In this document: positions 38,153-47,004 of the stretch, in pieces
How the letters are laid out: every line of letters starts with the position of its first letter
Position numbering within the stretch: the first letter of the stretch is position 1
NCBI GenBank assembly: GCA_947627315.1
Contig: CANQVN010000001.1
Location: forward strand, 1,656 to 65,655
Direction of reading: 5' to 3'
DNA: 64,000 nt
Source: an uncultured Clostridia bacterium
Lineage (GTDB): Bacteria > Bacillota > Clostridia > Oscillospirales > QAKW01
Notes under the pieces: generated by a model
Seen by the model: only the letters and a program-made list of their open reading frames with translations
Told to the model about the DNA's origin: nothing
Databases searched by the model: none
Made by a program: the position numbers and the translations under genes

Positions 38153-38178
38153 TTTTCGTAAAGTATGTCACTCAACGA
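38153..38178. repeat. Left 26-bp inverted repeat (IR-L)
   Basis: ttttcgtaaagtatgtcactcaacga, exact reverse complement of 39589-39614. Confidence 0.95.
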
Positions 38179-38200
38179 AGCAAATTCTTTATAAAACCCA

Positions 38201-38228
38201 TATAATTATACACGTATAATTATACACG
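38201..38228. repeat. Tandem 14-bp direct repeat overlapping the -10 element
   Basis: tataattatacacg tataattatacacg. Confidence 0.9.
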
Positions 38229-38247
38229 ATGTCGCCGTACTTGTCAA
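38219..38247 (-). promoter_or_regulatory. Minus-strand consensus promoter inside the invertible segment
   Basis: Reverse complement TTGACA - agtacggcgacatcgtg (17) - TATAAT. Confidence 0.8.
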
Positions 38248-38390
38248 TGTGTCAGCAAATAATATCGAAAAAGATAAATTTTTGCGGTTTTGAGATATCA
38301 CAATAAAGTTTTGCTACACATGGACAACCTGTTTTTCGGCCATTTGCCGTCAACATCGCCGTCATCAATTAAAAAGTTGGAGGAAAATTT

Positions 38391-39521
38391 ATGCCAAAGA
38401 CAGGAGAAAACATTTATAAACGCAAAGACGGTCGATGGGAGGGCAGATACATTCGCTACTATGATGAAAATGGAGTCGGTAAATACGGATATGTATACGC
38501 TAAAACTTATAGAGAGGTTAAGATAAAACTTGCAGAAAAATCTGCAATTATTTCATCTCGACAGATATTACTTTCAAATAGTCATGTTACCTACGACGAA
38601 ATTTTAACCGCATGGTTACAGTCGTCAAGAATTAACATAAAAGAATCAACCTACGCGAGATATACGCATATAGTTGATAGTCATATCCGACCATCGTTGG
38701 GTAAGTATCAACTTTGCAAGATCAGCACGCAGTTAATTGAAGGGTATATAGAAAGCAAATTGCACAATGGAAGATTGGATAAGAACGGTCCTCTATCTGC
38801 AAAAACCGTAACAGATATGCTCTCTATAATCAAAAGTTCTTTTGAATATGCCAGATACAATAATCTTCCGGTTATTTGTAATTTAAGCAAGTTGTCGATT
38901 AAAAGAAAAGATAAAGAGATGCGTGTACTCCGACAGGATGAGCAAAATTTGTTGGTGCGTGTGCTGCTTGATAAAATTGATTTATATAAATTCGGTGTTC
39001 TTTTATCTCTTTATACCGGTATTAGAATTGGAGAACTATGTGCATTACGGTGGGGCAATTTGTGTTTAGACGACCGTATTCTTAGAGTCAGAGAGACGAT
39101 GCAGCGCATCCGGGATACAAACATGGAAACAAATACTAAGACCAAGATCATTATTACAGAGCCAAAGAGTCAGTGCTCTATCCGTGATATTCCATTGCCG
39201 GAATGTATCGTTGTGATTGCACGACAATTTCGCGCATCAGATAAAGATTTTATTCTTACCGGAGATCGCGTAAAATTTGTTGAACCTCGTACAATGCAAA
39301 ACCGTTTTAGGCATTACGTCATGGAATGCGGAATCGACCAAGCAAATTTTCATTCTCTCAGACATACATTTGCAACACGATGTGTTGAACTTGGTTTCGA
39401 ATTGAAGAGTTTGAGCGAAATACTCGGTCATTCAAATGTAAATATTACTCTTAATAAATATGTCCACTCATCATTTGAGTTGAAACACAGCAACATGAAT
39501 AAACTTACATTACCACTTTAG
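38391..39521 (+). CDS. Tyrosine recombinase (putative invertase)
   Basis: LYTGIRIGELCALRW, HSLRHTFATRCVELGFELKSLSEILGHSNVNITLNKYVH. Confidence 0.92.
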   Translation: MPKTGENIYKRKDGRWEGRYIRYYDENGVGKYGYVYAKTYREVKIKLAEKSAIISSRQILLSNSHVTYDEILTAWLQSSRINIKESTYARYTHIVDSHIRPSLGKYQLCKISTQLIEGYIESKLHNGRLDKNGPLSAKTVTDMLSIIKSSFEYARYNNLPVICNLSKLSIKRKDKEMRVLRQDEQNLLVRVLLDKIDLYKFGVLLSLYTGIRIGELCALRWGNLCLDDRILRVRETMQRIRDTNMETNTKTKIIITEPKSQCSIRDIPLPECIVVIARQFRASDKDFILTGDRVKFVEPRTMQNRFRHYVMECGIDQANFHSLRHTFATRCVELGFELKSLSEILGHSNVNITLNKYVHSSFELKHSNMNKLTLPL

Positions 39522-39545
39522 CGCCGTCAAAATAATAGTCAAATA

Positions 39546-39585
39546 AGCGTCCGAAAGTCACGTTATAACTGTGATTTCGGGCGCT
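39546..39585 (+). terminator. Terminator-like hairpin after the recombinase gene, inside IR-R
   Basis: agcgtccgaaagtcac ... gtgatttcgggcgct stem, followed by ttgt. Confidence 0.55.
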
Positions 39586-39588
39586 TTG

Positions 39589-39614
39589 TCGTTGAGTGAC
39601 ATACTTTACGAAAA
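39589..39614. repeat. Right 26-bp inverted repeat (IR-R)
   Basis: tcgttgagtgacatactttacgaaaa, exact reverse complement of IR-L. Confidence 0.95.
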
Positions 39615-39635
39615 TATAAAATAGCGGGTGTGAAT

Positions 39636-39983
39636 ATGAGCGATTACCAAGTAAATAAGTTGCTTGACATTGATAAAGATCAGTTAATTGCACGATTAAC
39701 TTCTGATTTGTCTGCGCTGTGAGCAAAACTTGGAATATCACAGTATGCACTTGCCAATCTAATTGGAATATCAAGGCAAACCTACAATTCTATTGAAACC
39801 GGCAAGAAAAAGATGCCGTGGAATGTCTTTTTGGCCTTGATTTTGTTATTTGGCTTTAATGAAAAAACTTCGTATCTTGTAGAGGCATCTGGTGCATTTT
39901 CTCCTTCCCTAAAAAAGGTTTTAGGAATCAATGAACGGGTTGAGAAAGCACTTGACGATATATTGGTTTCAAATACAATATAA
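39636..39983 (+). pseudogene. HTH regulator interrupted by an in-frame TGA
   Basis: MSDYQVNKLLDIDKDQLIARLTSDLSAL*AKLGISQYALANLIGISRQTYNSIETGKKKMPW...; stop at 39720-39722. Confidence 0.8.
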
Positions 39984-40312
39984 AAATTTGATGGCAAAAT
40001 AATAGTCAACCAATTCATTAAAAATTCAACAACAAAAATATTTAAATTTTGGGGAGTAAATTTAGAAGTAAATTATAGAGTAGAGTTGATCAAATATAAA
40101 GGCGACCAATAATACCTTTATAGGGTGACGTCAAAGCGAGGATATCAATACATTATCCTCTTTTAGATATTCCAAACCTTCATATATGTACTCGAATTAA
40201 ACTTTTACGAAAAATTAGCCTTGAGTTTCCAGTATCTATGCCTGAGAGAACTATGGTGCAAGTTCTAACCAGATTTCCTAAAAAGTAACAATAATTCAGG
40301 AGGTTTCATCGT

Positions 40313-42007
40313 ATGAGCGATATGGATATACTCTCTGATGGCAATTTTGATATCGAATCTGACTCAAGTCTTGACAGCGACTTGGATTTGTATATGGATT
40401 CCGATATAGAATCTCTGGATTCGTTTGATGATGTTGATGCTTCGTTTTTGGGGGACGGCGATTCAAATATGGATCTCGATTCTACAGGCTCGGACTTTTT
40501 CAATGAGTCATTTGATGAAGTTGGTCTGCAAGCAGATATAGATGAAGCATCTGATTCTTCAGAAGATCTTTTGAGTGATTTGGATGAAGTTCCCGATACG
40601 GAGAACTTCGAATCTATTTCGGAAGTTGATATTGATACATCTGACGATGAAATTGAAATTCTTGAAATGGATGATGGTGAACTAATCGATGAAGTAGGAA
40701 CAGCATTTGAAGCCGACGATGAAACAGAAGAAGTTTCGGGTGAACAAATTGACTTACTTGATACAAATGATTATTTAAGCGATGTGGCTGATGATATACA
40801 AGAAGAAGCCGGTTTAATTTCAGACGAAACGGAAACCTTGTCTGAAAACATCAGTGGCGGGTTGGATTTAGAAGACGGACTTGAATCATTATCTCTTGAA
40901 GATTTAACAGATCTCGAGTATGAAAATGGTAATGAAGAACTGGAAGAACTTGTCTCGCCGGCGGAAGAGGAAATGACCGAAACTCCAGAGGATGCTTTGG
41001 ATGCCATTCAAGCGGAGCGGGAAAGACTTACTGAAATAAAAGAAGCACTCGCAGAGATGCAAAATTCCGAAATTAAAGATGCAGATGAGTATGAAGAAGA
41101 TTCTCCGATGGTACGCACTCGTGAGATAACATCTGAGATACTTGAGAGCAGAGAACGCGACACCGAGGAAGTTCTTGATAATTATCGAGATAACCTTCGC
41201 GGATACGGCGTCAATGAAGCGCAGATTGAAGAATTTGTCGAACAAGAACGCGAAAAGATCAACGCCGAATATGAGAGTTTAGATCGCGGAGACGAATATC
41301 CACAGATGTATGAAACGCCGAATGATTGGGAGAAAATTTCAGCATCCTTAATGGGTCAAGAAACTCAAGATGAGATACACTATGAATCCTCTCAGTTTTC
41401 TGAAATAGAAAATCAGGCTTTAGAAGAATTAGAAGAGGAGAATCAGGAGTTAGAGATCAATTATGATGAAATTTATGAGGCTATTCAACAAGATTCCCTT
41501 GAACAAGGTTTTGAGAATATCCAAGTAGATGCAGACCCGGAGAGATTAAATCAATCATTAGAAAACTTCAATGAATCGACATGGGAGGATCTTACTCTCG
41601 ATGAACAAAAAGACTCGATGGCATCTTTGGCTGATTATGTAGTCGATGTGATCGGATTTGAAAATCCACCAAAAATTGAGTACTACAACAACGAACGTAA
41701 AGGTGACTTTGGCGGATACGACTCAACTGCCAATACTTTGTATATCAATGAATATATGTTATACAATTCCGATGAGGCTGCCGATACAATTGCTCACGAA
41801 CTATGGCATGCCCATCAACATGAATGTGCTGAAAATCCTCAAAGTGCTCTCGATTATCAGTATCAGTACAATTTTGAAAATTATATACCGCCTGAATTGG
41901 GGCAAGAAGAGTATGAATCCCAGTTAGTTGAAGCAGAAGCCAGAGCTTTTGCGGCTCAGTTCAAAGATAGATTATCTCATATTAATAGAGGTCATGACGA
42001 TGGATAA
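40313..42007 (+). CDS. Very acidic protein with a C-terminal HEXXH-type zinc metallopeptidase-like domain
   Basis: AGGAGG RBS. Long Asp/Glu/Ser-rich N-terminus. C-terminus TANTLYINEYMLYNSDEAADTIAHELWHAHQHE. Confidence 0.75.
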   Translation: MSDMDILSDGNFDIESDSSLDSDLDLYMDSDIESLDSFDDVDASFLGDGDSNMDLDSTGSDFFNESFDEVGLQADIDEASDSSEDLLSDLDEVPDTENFESISEVDIDTSDDEIEILEMDDGELIDEVGTAFEADDETEEVSGEQIDLLDTNDYLSDVADDIQEEAGLISDETETLSENISGGLDLEDGLESLSLEDLTDLEYENGNEELEELVSPAEEEMTETPEDALDAIQAERERLTEIKEALAEMQNSEIKDADEYEEDSPMVRTREITSEILESRERDTEEVLDNYRDNLRGYGVNEAQIEEFVEQEREKINAEYESLDRGDEYPQMYETPNDWEKISASLMGQETQDEIHYESSQFSEIENQALEELEEENQELEINYDEIYEAIQQDSLEQGFENIQVDADPERLNQSLENFNESTWEDLTLDEQKDSMASLADYVVDVIGFENPPKIEYYNNERKGDFGGYDSTANTLYINEYMLYNSDEAADTIAHELWHAHQHECAENPQSALDYQYQYNFENYIPPELGQEEYESQLVEAEARAFAAQFKDRLSHINRGHDDG

Positions 42008-42296
42008 AATTATACAATATTTAATGTGTGAAAAGGGCGTTACTGAAGTAGTTGCCAAAGTCCTGTTCAGAACACTTACAAAGTATAAGGATATCGAGAG
42101 CGAGTTTATTTATTGGATAGATAATAGAAGTTACAATGCGCCAAACGCCATTGAAATTGGCGGCTACTCTGCCAAGAAAATCAGTGAAATCGCACCTTCA
42201 TTGGATGCAGCCGGAGTGTATAATTTCATGGTTACACTGCGAGATGTCCCCGAAAAAGCACAGGAATATATTAAAAATGGATTTCCAAGAAAGTGA
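42000..42296 (+). CDS. Small hypothetical protein coupled to the HEXXH gene
   Basis: MDKIIQYLMCEKGVTEVVAKVLFR...; start overlaps the upstream stop. Confidence 0.55.
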   Translation: MDKIIQYLMCEKGVTEVVAKVLFRTLTKYKDIESEFIYWIDNRSYNAPNAIEIGGYSAKKISEIAPSLDAAGVYNFMVTLRDVPEKAQEYIKNGFPRK

Positions 42297-42305
42297 GGGT
42301 TGATT

Positions 42306-44066
42306 ATGGAAAACAACAGACTTACAGGTTACCCGTCGATTGATAAGCCTTGGATGAAATACTATGATTGCAGCGACAAGGTAGATATTCCTAAGCTCTC
42401 AATATATCAAATGATCAGAAAGAATAACGCAACCCGTTTGAATAAGGTCGCTCTTGATCTGCGGAGTAGTGCAAACGGTTATAAAAAGGGAATCGAAATC
42501 ACTTATGGGAAGTTTTTCAAGCGTATCGAAATGGTTGCAAAGGCATATTCATACTTGGGTCTTAAGCCAGACGACATTTTGATAACTATTTTGCCCAATA
42601 TCCCCGAGAGCAGAATTTTGATTTACGGAATGAATCTTCTCGGCGTTACTGTATATCCCGTTTCTCCGTTTATTTCAGTTGTTCAGTTGGAAAAGGTGAT
42701 TGACGAATGTAGCTCAAAAAATATAGTTGTTTTTGAAAAATTCCTTAAAAAATTTGAGAGTGCTTTGGCGGCAAAATCATTCAACAGTATCTTGCTTGTG
42801 AATGGCATGGAATCGGCTCCTTTTGCTCTTAAACTGGCACAGAAAATTATCAACCCCGCTGTAAAGCGTGAACTTACGAACGGGAATTTGCTATACTGGA
42901 GTCATATCGAAAAATTAGCTGATAAGGTCAAAAAAGATATTGTACCATACTATGATTCTGAACATATAGCAGTTATAGTTGGCACGAGTGGGACAACTGG
43001 CACGCCAAAGGGGGTATGCCTTACAGATGATAATCTCAACGCTATTGCGCTTCAGCATTACTTGAGCGGTATTTTTGATGAAGAAGATGTTATGCTTGAC
43101 GCTCTTATTCAGTCGATTGGGTATGGGATATCTACGATGCACTATTCAACTTGTTATGGATTAAAGAATATTCTCATTCCTGAACTGCTAACAGATAAGT
43201 TTTCTGAGGTTCTTTGTTTGACTAAACCCGACCACTTTACGGGAGGTCCGGTACATTTTCAATATCTTGTTAACAGCAAGGAATTTATCAATAAAGAACT
43301 TCCTCCGATGAAAAATTTAGTTTCGGGAGGAGCCTCCTTGCCAAAGGTTTTAGAAAAGCAGATTAATAATGTCGATGATGATTTTTCTGAAAATGGGCAA
43401 AAGGATAACAGGATAATTGTGCGTCAAGGATTTGGATGCACCGAAAACGGTGGCTGCGGAGCATATTCAAAGGCAGGAGCATACAAATTTGGCGGCGTAG
43501 GGATACCGCTCCCGCTAGATACTTTTGCTATTTTTGAGCCAAATACGGATAAAGAACTGCCGTATAATACCGAAGGGGAAATATGTATAAGTGGTCCTAC
43601 GGTCATGAAATGTTACTTGAATAATCCTGCCGAAACAGAGAATGTTCTTAAAGCCCATTCCGACGGTCGCGTATGGCTTCACCTTGCCGATCTTGGGGAA
43701 ATCGACGAGGACGGACAGGTGTATATTATTGACAGAATCAAAAACATATTCATGCGTACGGGCTTCAATGTTCACCCGTCAAAAATTGCGGAGTTTATTT
43801 CTTCCCTGCCGTACATAAGCGAGTGCGTCGTTTTGGGTGTACCTGACTCAAAGGAGCAGATGGTCCCTGCGGCGTATATGGTAATAAATCCCGACTGCAA
43901 AGAGGATAAAGACAGCGTTTTGAAGTCGATTCAAAAAGAATGTGAGAGCAATCTCAGCGAAACGGATATGCCTGCGCACTGGTATTTTGTGGATGATATC
44001 CCGAGAAACGCAGGAGGCAAAGTAGATTACCTAGCCTTAGAAAAAGAAGCGGCATATATCAATTAA
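42306..44066 (+). CDS. AMP-forming acyl/aryl synthetase (ANL superfamily) 1
   Basis: VIVGTSGTTGTPKGVCLT, TGYPSIDKPWMKYY, LGEIDEDGQVYIIDRIKNIFMRTGFNVHPSKI. Confidence 0.85.
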   Translation: MENNRLTGYPSIDKPWMKYYDCSDKVDIPKLSIYQMIRKNNATRLNKVALDLRSSANGYKKGIEITYGKFFKRIEMVAKAYSYLGLKPDDILITILPNIPESRILIYGMNLLGVTVYPVSPFISVVQLEKVIDECSSKNIVVFEKFLKKFESALAAKSFNSILLVNGMESAPFALKLAQKIINPAVKRELTNGNLLYWSHIEKLADKVKKDIVPYYDSEHIAVIVGTSGTTGTPKGVCLTDDNLNAIALQHYLSGIFDEEDVMLDALIQSIGYGISTMHYSTCYGLKNILIPELLTDKFSEVLCLTKPDHFTGGPVHFQYLVNSKEFINKELPPMKNLVSGGASLPKVLEKQINNVDDDFSENGQKDNRIIVRQGFGCTENGGCGAYSKAGAYKFGGVGIPLPLDTFAIFEPNTDKELPYNTEGEICISGPTVMKCYLNNPAETENVLKAHSDGRVWLHLADLGEIDEDGQVYIIDRIKNIFMRTGFNVHPSKIAEFISSLPYISECVVLGVPDSKEQMVPAAYMVINPDCKEDKDSVLKSIQKECESNLSETDMPAHWYFVDDIPRNAGGKVDYLALEKEAAYIN

Positions 44067-44082
44067 AGTTAAGAGGTCAAAA

Positions 44083-45837
44083 ATGCAAATCGAGAAGAAA
44101 ATGACTGGCTACCCGTCAATTGATAAGCCTTGGTTAAAATATTATCGTAAAGAAGCAATCAACGCTCCGCTCCCAACATGCTCAATGTACGAATATATTT
44201 ACAAGAACAATAAAAATCATCTCGATGCTATTGCGCTTGTATATTTTAATACTAAAATAACTTACCGCACCTTATTTGATGAAATTAATAAAGCAACCAC
44301 AGCATTTCTTGCTGCTGGACTAAAAAAAGGCGATGTTGTTTCGTTTATTACCATTACTACTCCCGAGATGATATATGCCCTCTATGCAATAAATAAAATT
44401 GGAGCGATTGCGAGTATAATTGATCCACGCGCATCGGCGGAGTCATTAAAAAAGCAAATTACGGATGCAAAATCTAATATACTGATTCTACTTGATGCTT
44501 GTATAGAACAAGTTGAATCTGTTATATCCTCTTTGACTTTTAAGGAAATAGTGGTTATACCTGTAAACCAATCAATGAATTTTCCTATCAAACAGATCTA
44601 TTCGGCAAAGGCGATATTTAGCAAAAAAATACCCGTCAGAAGTTTTCGATTTATTACTTGGAGGAATTTCATAAAAGCATCTGATTCTTTGCTGCTTACT
44701 ACAATTGAATCAGATGCTAATGCACCCGCAGCAATTACCTATACTGGTGGAACAACTGGCATTCCCAAAGGCGTTGTGCTCTCTAATCAAAATATCAATT
44801 CCGTTGCAGAACAATATAAAAATGCTGCTAGTTCTCTTAAAAGAGGTCAATCTTGGCTTACCGTTTCAGCGCCATTTATAGCATATGCCTTTATTGTCGG
44901 GCTGCATCTTCCATTATCATACGGAATGAGATGCTGTATAGAATTATATGATCCAGAAGTTATGGTTCATAATATTCTTCGAAAAAAGATCAATCACGTG
45001 GCAGCAACACCTGTTGTGTTTGAAAAATTACTTAATAACCCCCGAGCGCAAAAAGCAGACCTATCTTTTTTAATTGCTCCTACTTGCGGTGCAGATGCTC
45101 TGAGTCTTCAATTAGAACAGAGGATTAATACATTTTTATCTGAACATAAGTGTAAATGGAAAATTTGCCAGGGGTATGGCATGACAGAGGTTGGAACAGG
45201 CGTCTCTTTAAATATTTCGAAAAATTGTTATAAACTTGGTAGCGTTGGTGTTCCATTTGGAAATACAATAGTATCAACCTTTGATACAAAAGCATATGAA
45301 GAACAAAAAATTGGCTCTGTAGGTGAAATATGTATACAGGGACCAAGTGTTATGCAAGGATACTATAATGATCCGATTGCAACAAACTTGGTTATACGGA
45401 AGCACTCTGATGGCTCAGTATGGTTTCACACTGGAGATTTAGGCTATTTTGATGAAGACGGTTTTCTCTATATAGTCGGAAGAATAAAACGAATGATTAC
45501 CCGATATGATGGCTTTAAGGTATTTCCCGCCGTAGTTGAAGAGGCATTGATAAAACATACTTATGTTGAACAATGCGCGGTAATCGGAGTAGAGGATTCC
45601 AAACATCAAGTTGGACAATTACCAGTTGCATTCATTGTTTTATCTAAAGATTGTGATATTGCACAGACCAAAATAATCAGCCAATTAAATGTTTACTGTA
45701 ATAATCTTTTGCCAAAATATGCACACCCTATCACATATTTTTTTCGCAACTCTTTGCCTCTCACTGCCGCAAATAAAATAGATTATAGGGCACTTGAGGA
45801 AGATGCCGCCAGTACAGAAGAAATCAGAATTGAATGA
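44083..45837 (+). CDS. AMP-forming acyl/aryl synthetase (ANL superfamily) 2
   Basis: ITYTGGTTGIPKGVVLS, TGYPSIDKPWLKYY, TGDLGYFDEDGFLYIVGRIKRMITRYDGFKVFPAVVEE. Confidence 0.88.
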   Translation: MQIEKKMTGYPSIDKPWLKYYRKEAINAPLPTCSMYEYIYKNNKNHLDAIALVYFNTKITYRTLFDEINKATTAFLAAGLKKGDVVSFITITTPEMIYALYAINKIGAIASIIDPRASAESLKKQITDAKSNILILLDACIEQVESVISSLTFKEIVVIPVNQSMNFPIKQIYSAKAIFSKKIPVRSFRFITWRNFIKASDSLLLTTIESDANAPAAITYTGGTTGIPKGVVLSNQNINSVAEQYKNAASSLKRGQSWLTVSAPFIAYAFIVGLHLPLSYGMRCCIELYDPEVMVHNILRKKINHVAATPVVFEKLLNNPRAQKADLSFLIAPTCGADALSLQLEQRINTFLSEHKCKWKICQGYGMTEVGTGVSLNISKNCYKLGSVGVPFGNTIVSTFDTKAYEEQKIGSVGEICIQGPSVMQGYYNDPIATNLVIRKHSDGSVWFHTGDLGYFDEDGFLYIVGRIKRMITRYDGFKVFPAVVEEALIKHTYVEQCAVIGVEDSKHQVGQLPVAFIVLSKDCDIAQTKIISQLNVYCNNLLPKYAHPITYFFRNSLPLTAANKIDYRALEEDAASTEEIRIE

Positions 45838-45992
45838 ATCATTAATAAAATTGTAAATTTCAGAAGTACATCCTATTGTGAAATTCACTTTTGAAGATAC
45901 ACTTTTACACGATTAAAAATAACTTTTTTCGGCTTCGAATAAAAATAATTCTATATATAGTAAATAAAGGTGAAAACATGGAGGAAATGTAA

Positions 45993-46181
45993 ATGTCAAA
46001 AGTCATGGTTAAGGATTTAAAAAAGAACGATTTAATTAAAGCAGATTTTTTGAATGACAATCAATGGCACTTTGTTTTAAATGTTGGTCCTGGCATCAAA
46101 AGCGGAGACGTATATTTGGCTGTCGAGAATTACGGAAGCGGACAGTTTGATAAATATACAGAGGTTGAGCGGAAAGATTAA
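45993..46181 (+). CDS. Small hypothetical protein
   Basis: 62-aa ORF, MSKVMVKDLKKNDLIKADFLNDNQWHFVLNVGPG..., placed between same-strand genes. Confidence 0.4.
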   Translation: MSKVMVKDLKKNDLIKADFLNDNQWHFVLNVGPGIKSGDVYLAVENYGSGQFDKYTEVERKD

Positions 46182-46222
46182 GCTACGAGCCAACGTAATT
46201 CAACACGAGAAAGAGATCTCAT

Positions 46223-46966
46223 ATGTTACATAAAGAAAAGTTAGATGCTGAGCATAAAATAATAAGCATCGTTAGCGTGTTGCTTTCAATTGTTGCACTT
46301 ATCGCCGCTCTATATCCACAATTGATCTTTGGTAATGATAACCTTTTAAGTAAAGCAAATGCAGGACATGCCAAATCGCAAATGCTTTTGGCTGAACATT
46401 ACTTTGAAATTGGCGAATATAAAGATTCAATATATTGGTATAAAGTGGCGAGTGCAAACAAAAGCCGCTATCAAGCTGTAGCCTGTAACAATCTCGGATA
46501 TCTTTATGCGAAAGGCTATGGCCTTTCTGAAAATGAAATTGATGGATTTTATCGTCAAGAACGAGCCGTTAGACTTTTCGCAGAAGCATATAGAATTGGA
46601 TTGCAAAGTAATTATGAATATGTTATTGACACGAGCAGAGATAACGGTCTTAATACAGTTCGATTTTATTCGGAAGAATGCTTCCCCAATAAAGAAGATT
46701 ATCCTGGAACAATACTTAACTGGATAGATATGGCAAAATCAACAAGGGTAGTCGTGTCTTGTAAATATGTGTCATTCGACGTATATAAAGGTCGATCTTT
46801 TTGGATTGAAAACACATACTATACATTTTCGGGAACATGCATAGCCCAAAATGATAATGAAAATTTTATGTATACACACTATAAGTATTTTGTGCAAATA
46901 TATAAACCAAATACTGAACCATATAATCCGGTTTTCATTTATATGGTTGATATGAACGGAAAATAA
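46223..46966 (+). CDS. Membrane-anchored Sel1-like repeat protein
   Basis: AGHAKSQMLLAEHYFEIGEYKDSIYWYKVA...ACNNLGYLYAKGYGL. N-terminal transmembrane segment. Confidence 0.6.
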   Translation: MLHKEKLDAEHKIISIVSVLLSIVALIAALYPQLIFGNDNLLSKANAGHAKSQMLLAEHYFEIGEYKDSIYWYKVASANKSRYQAVACNNLGYLYAKGYGLSENEIDGFYRQERAVRLFAEAYRIGLQSNYEYVIDTSRDNGLNTVRFYSEECFPNKEDYPGTILNWIDMAKSTRVVVSCKYVSFDVYKGRSFWIENTYYTFSGTCIAQNDNENFMYTHYKYFVQIYKPNTEPYNPVFIYMVDMNGK

Positions 46967-47004
46967 TATCATTATTCTGACATTAGATCAATAGGAGTTT
47001 GTCT

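Noticed and set aside
38290-38526. 78-aa plus-strand ORF upstream of and overlapping the recombinase
   Set aside because: Starts before the recombinase but is in another frame, with no good RBS or motif. The recombinase frame explains the sequence.
38153-39614. Interpretation of the 26-bp IRs as ends of an IS element
   Set aside because: No target-site duplication was apparent outside the repeats, and the enclosed gene is a tyrosine recombinase rather than a DDE transposase. Inversion is preferred, although an integration remnant is not excluded.
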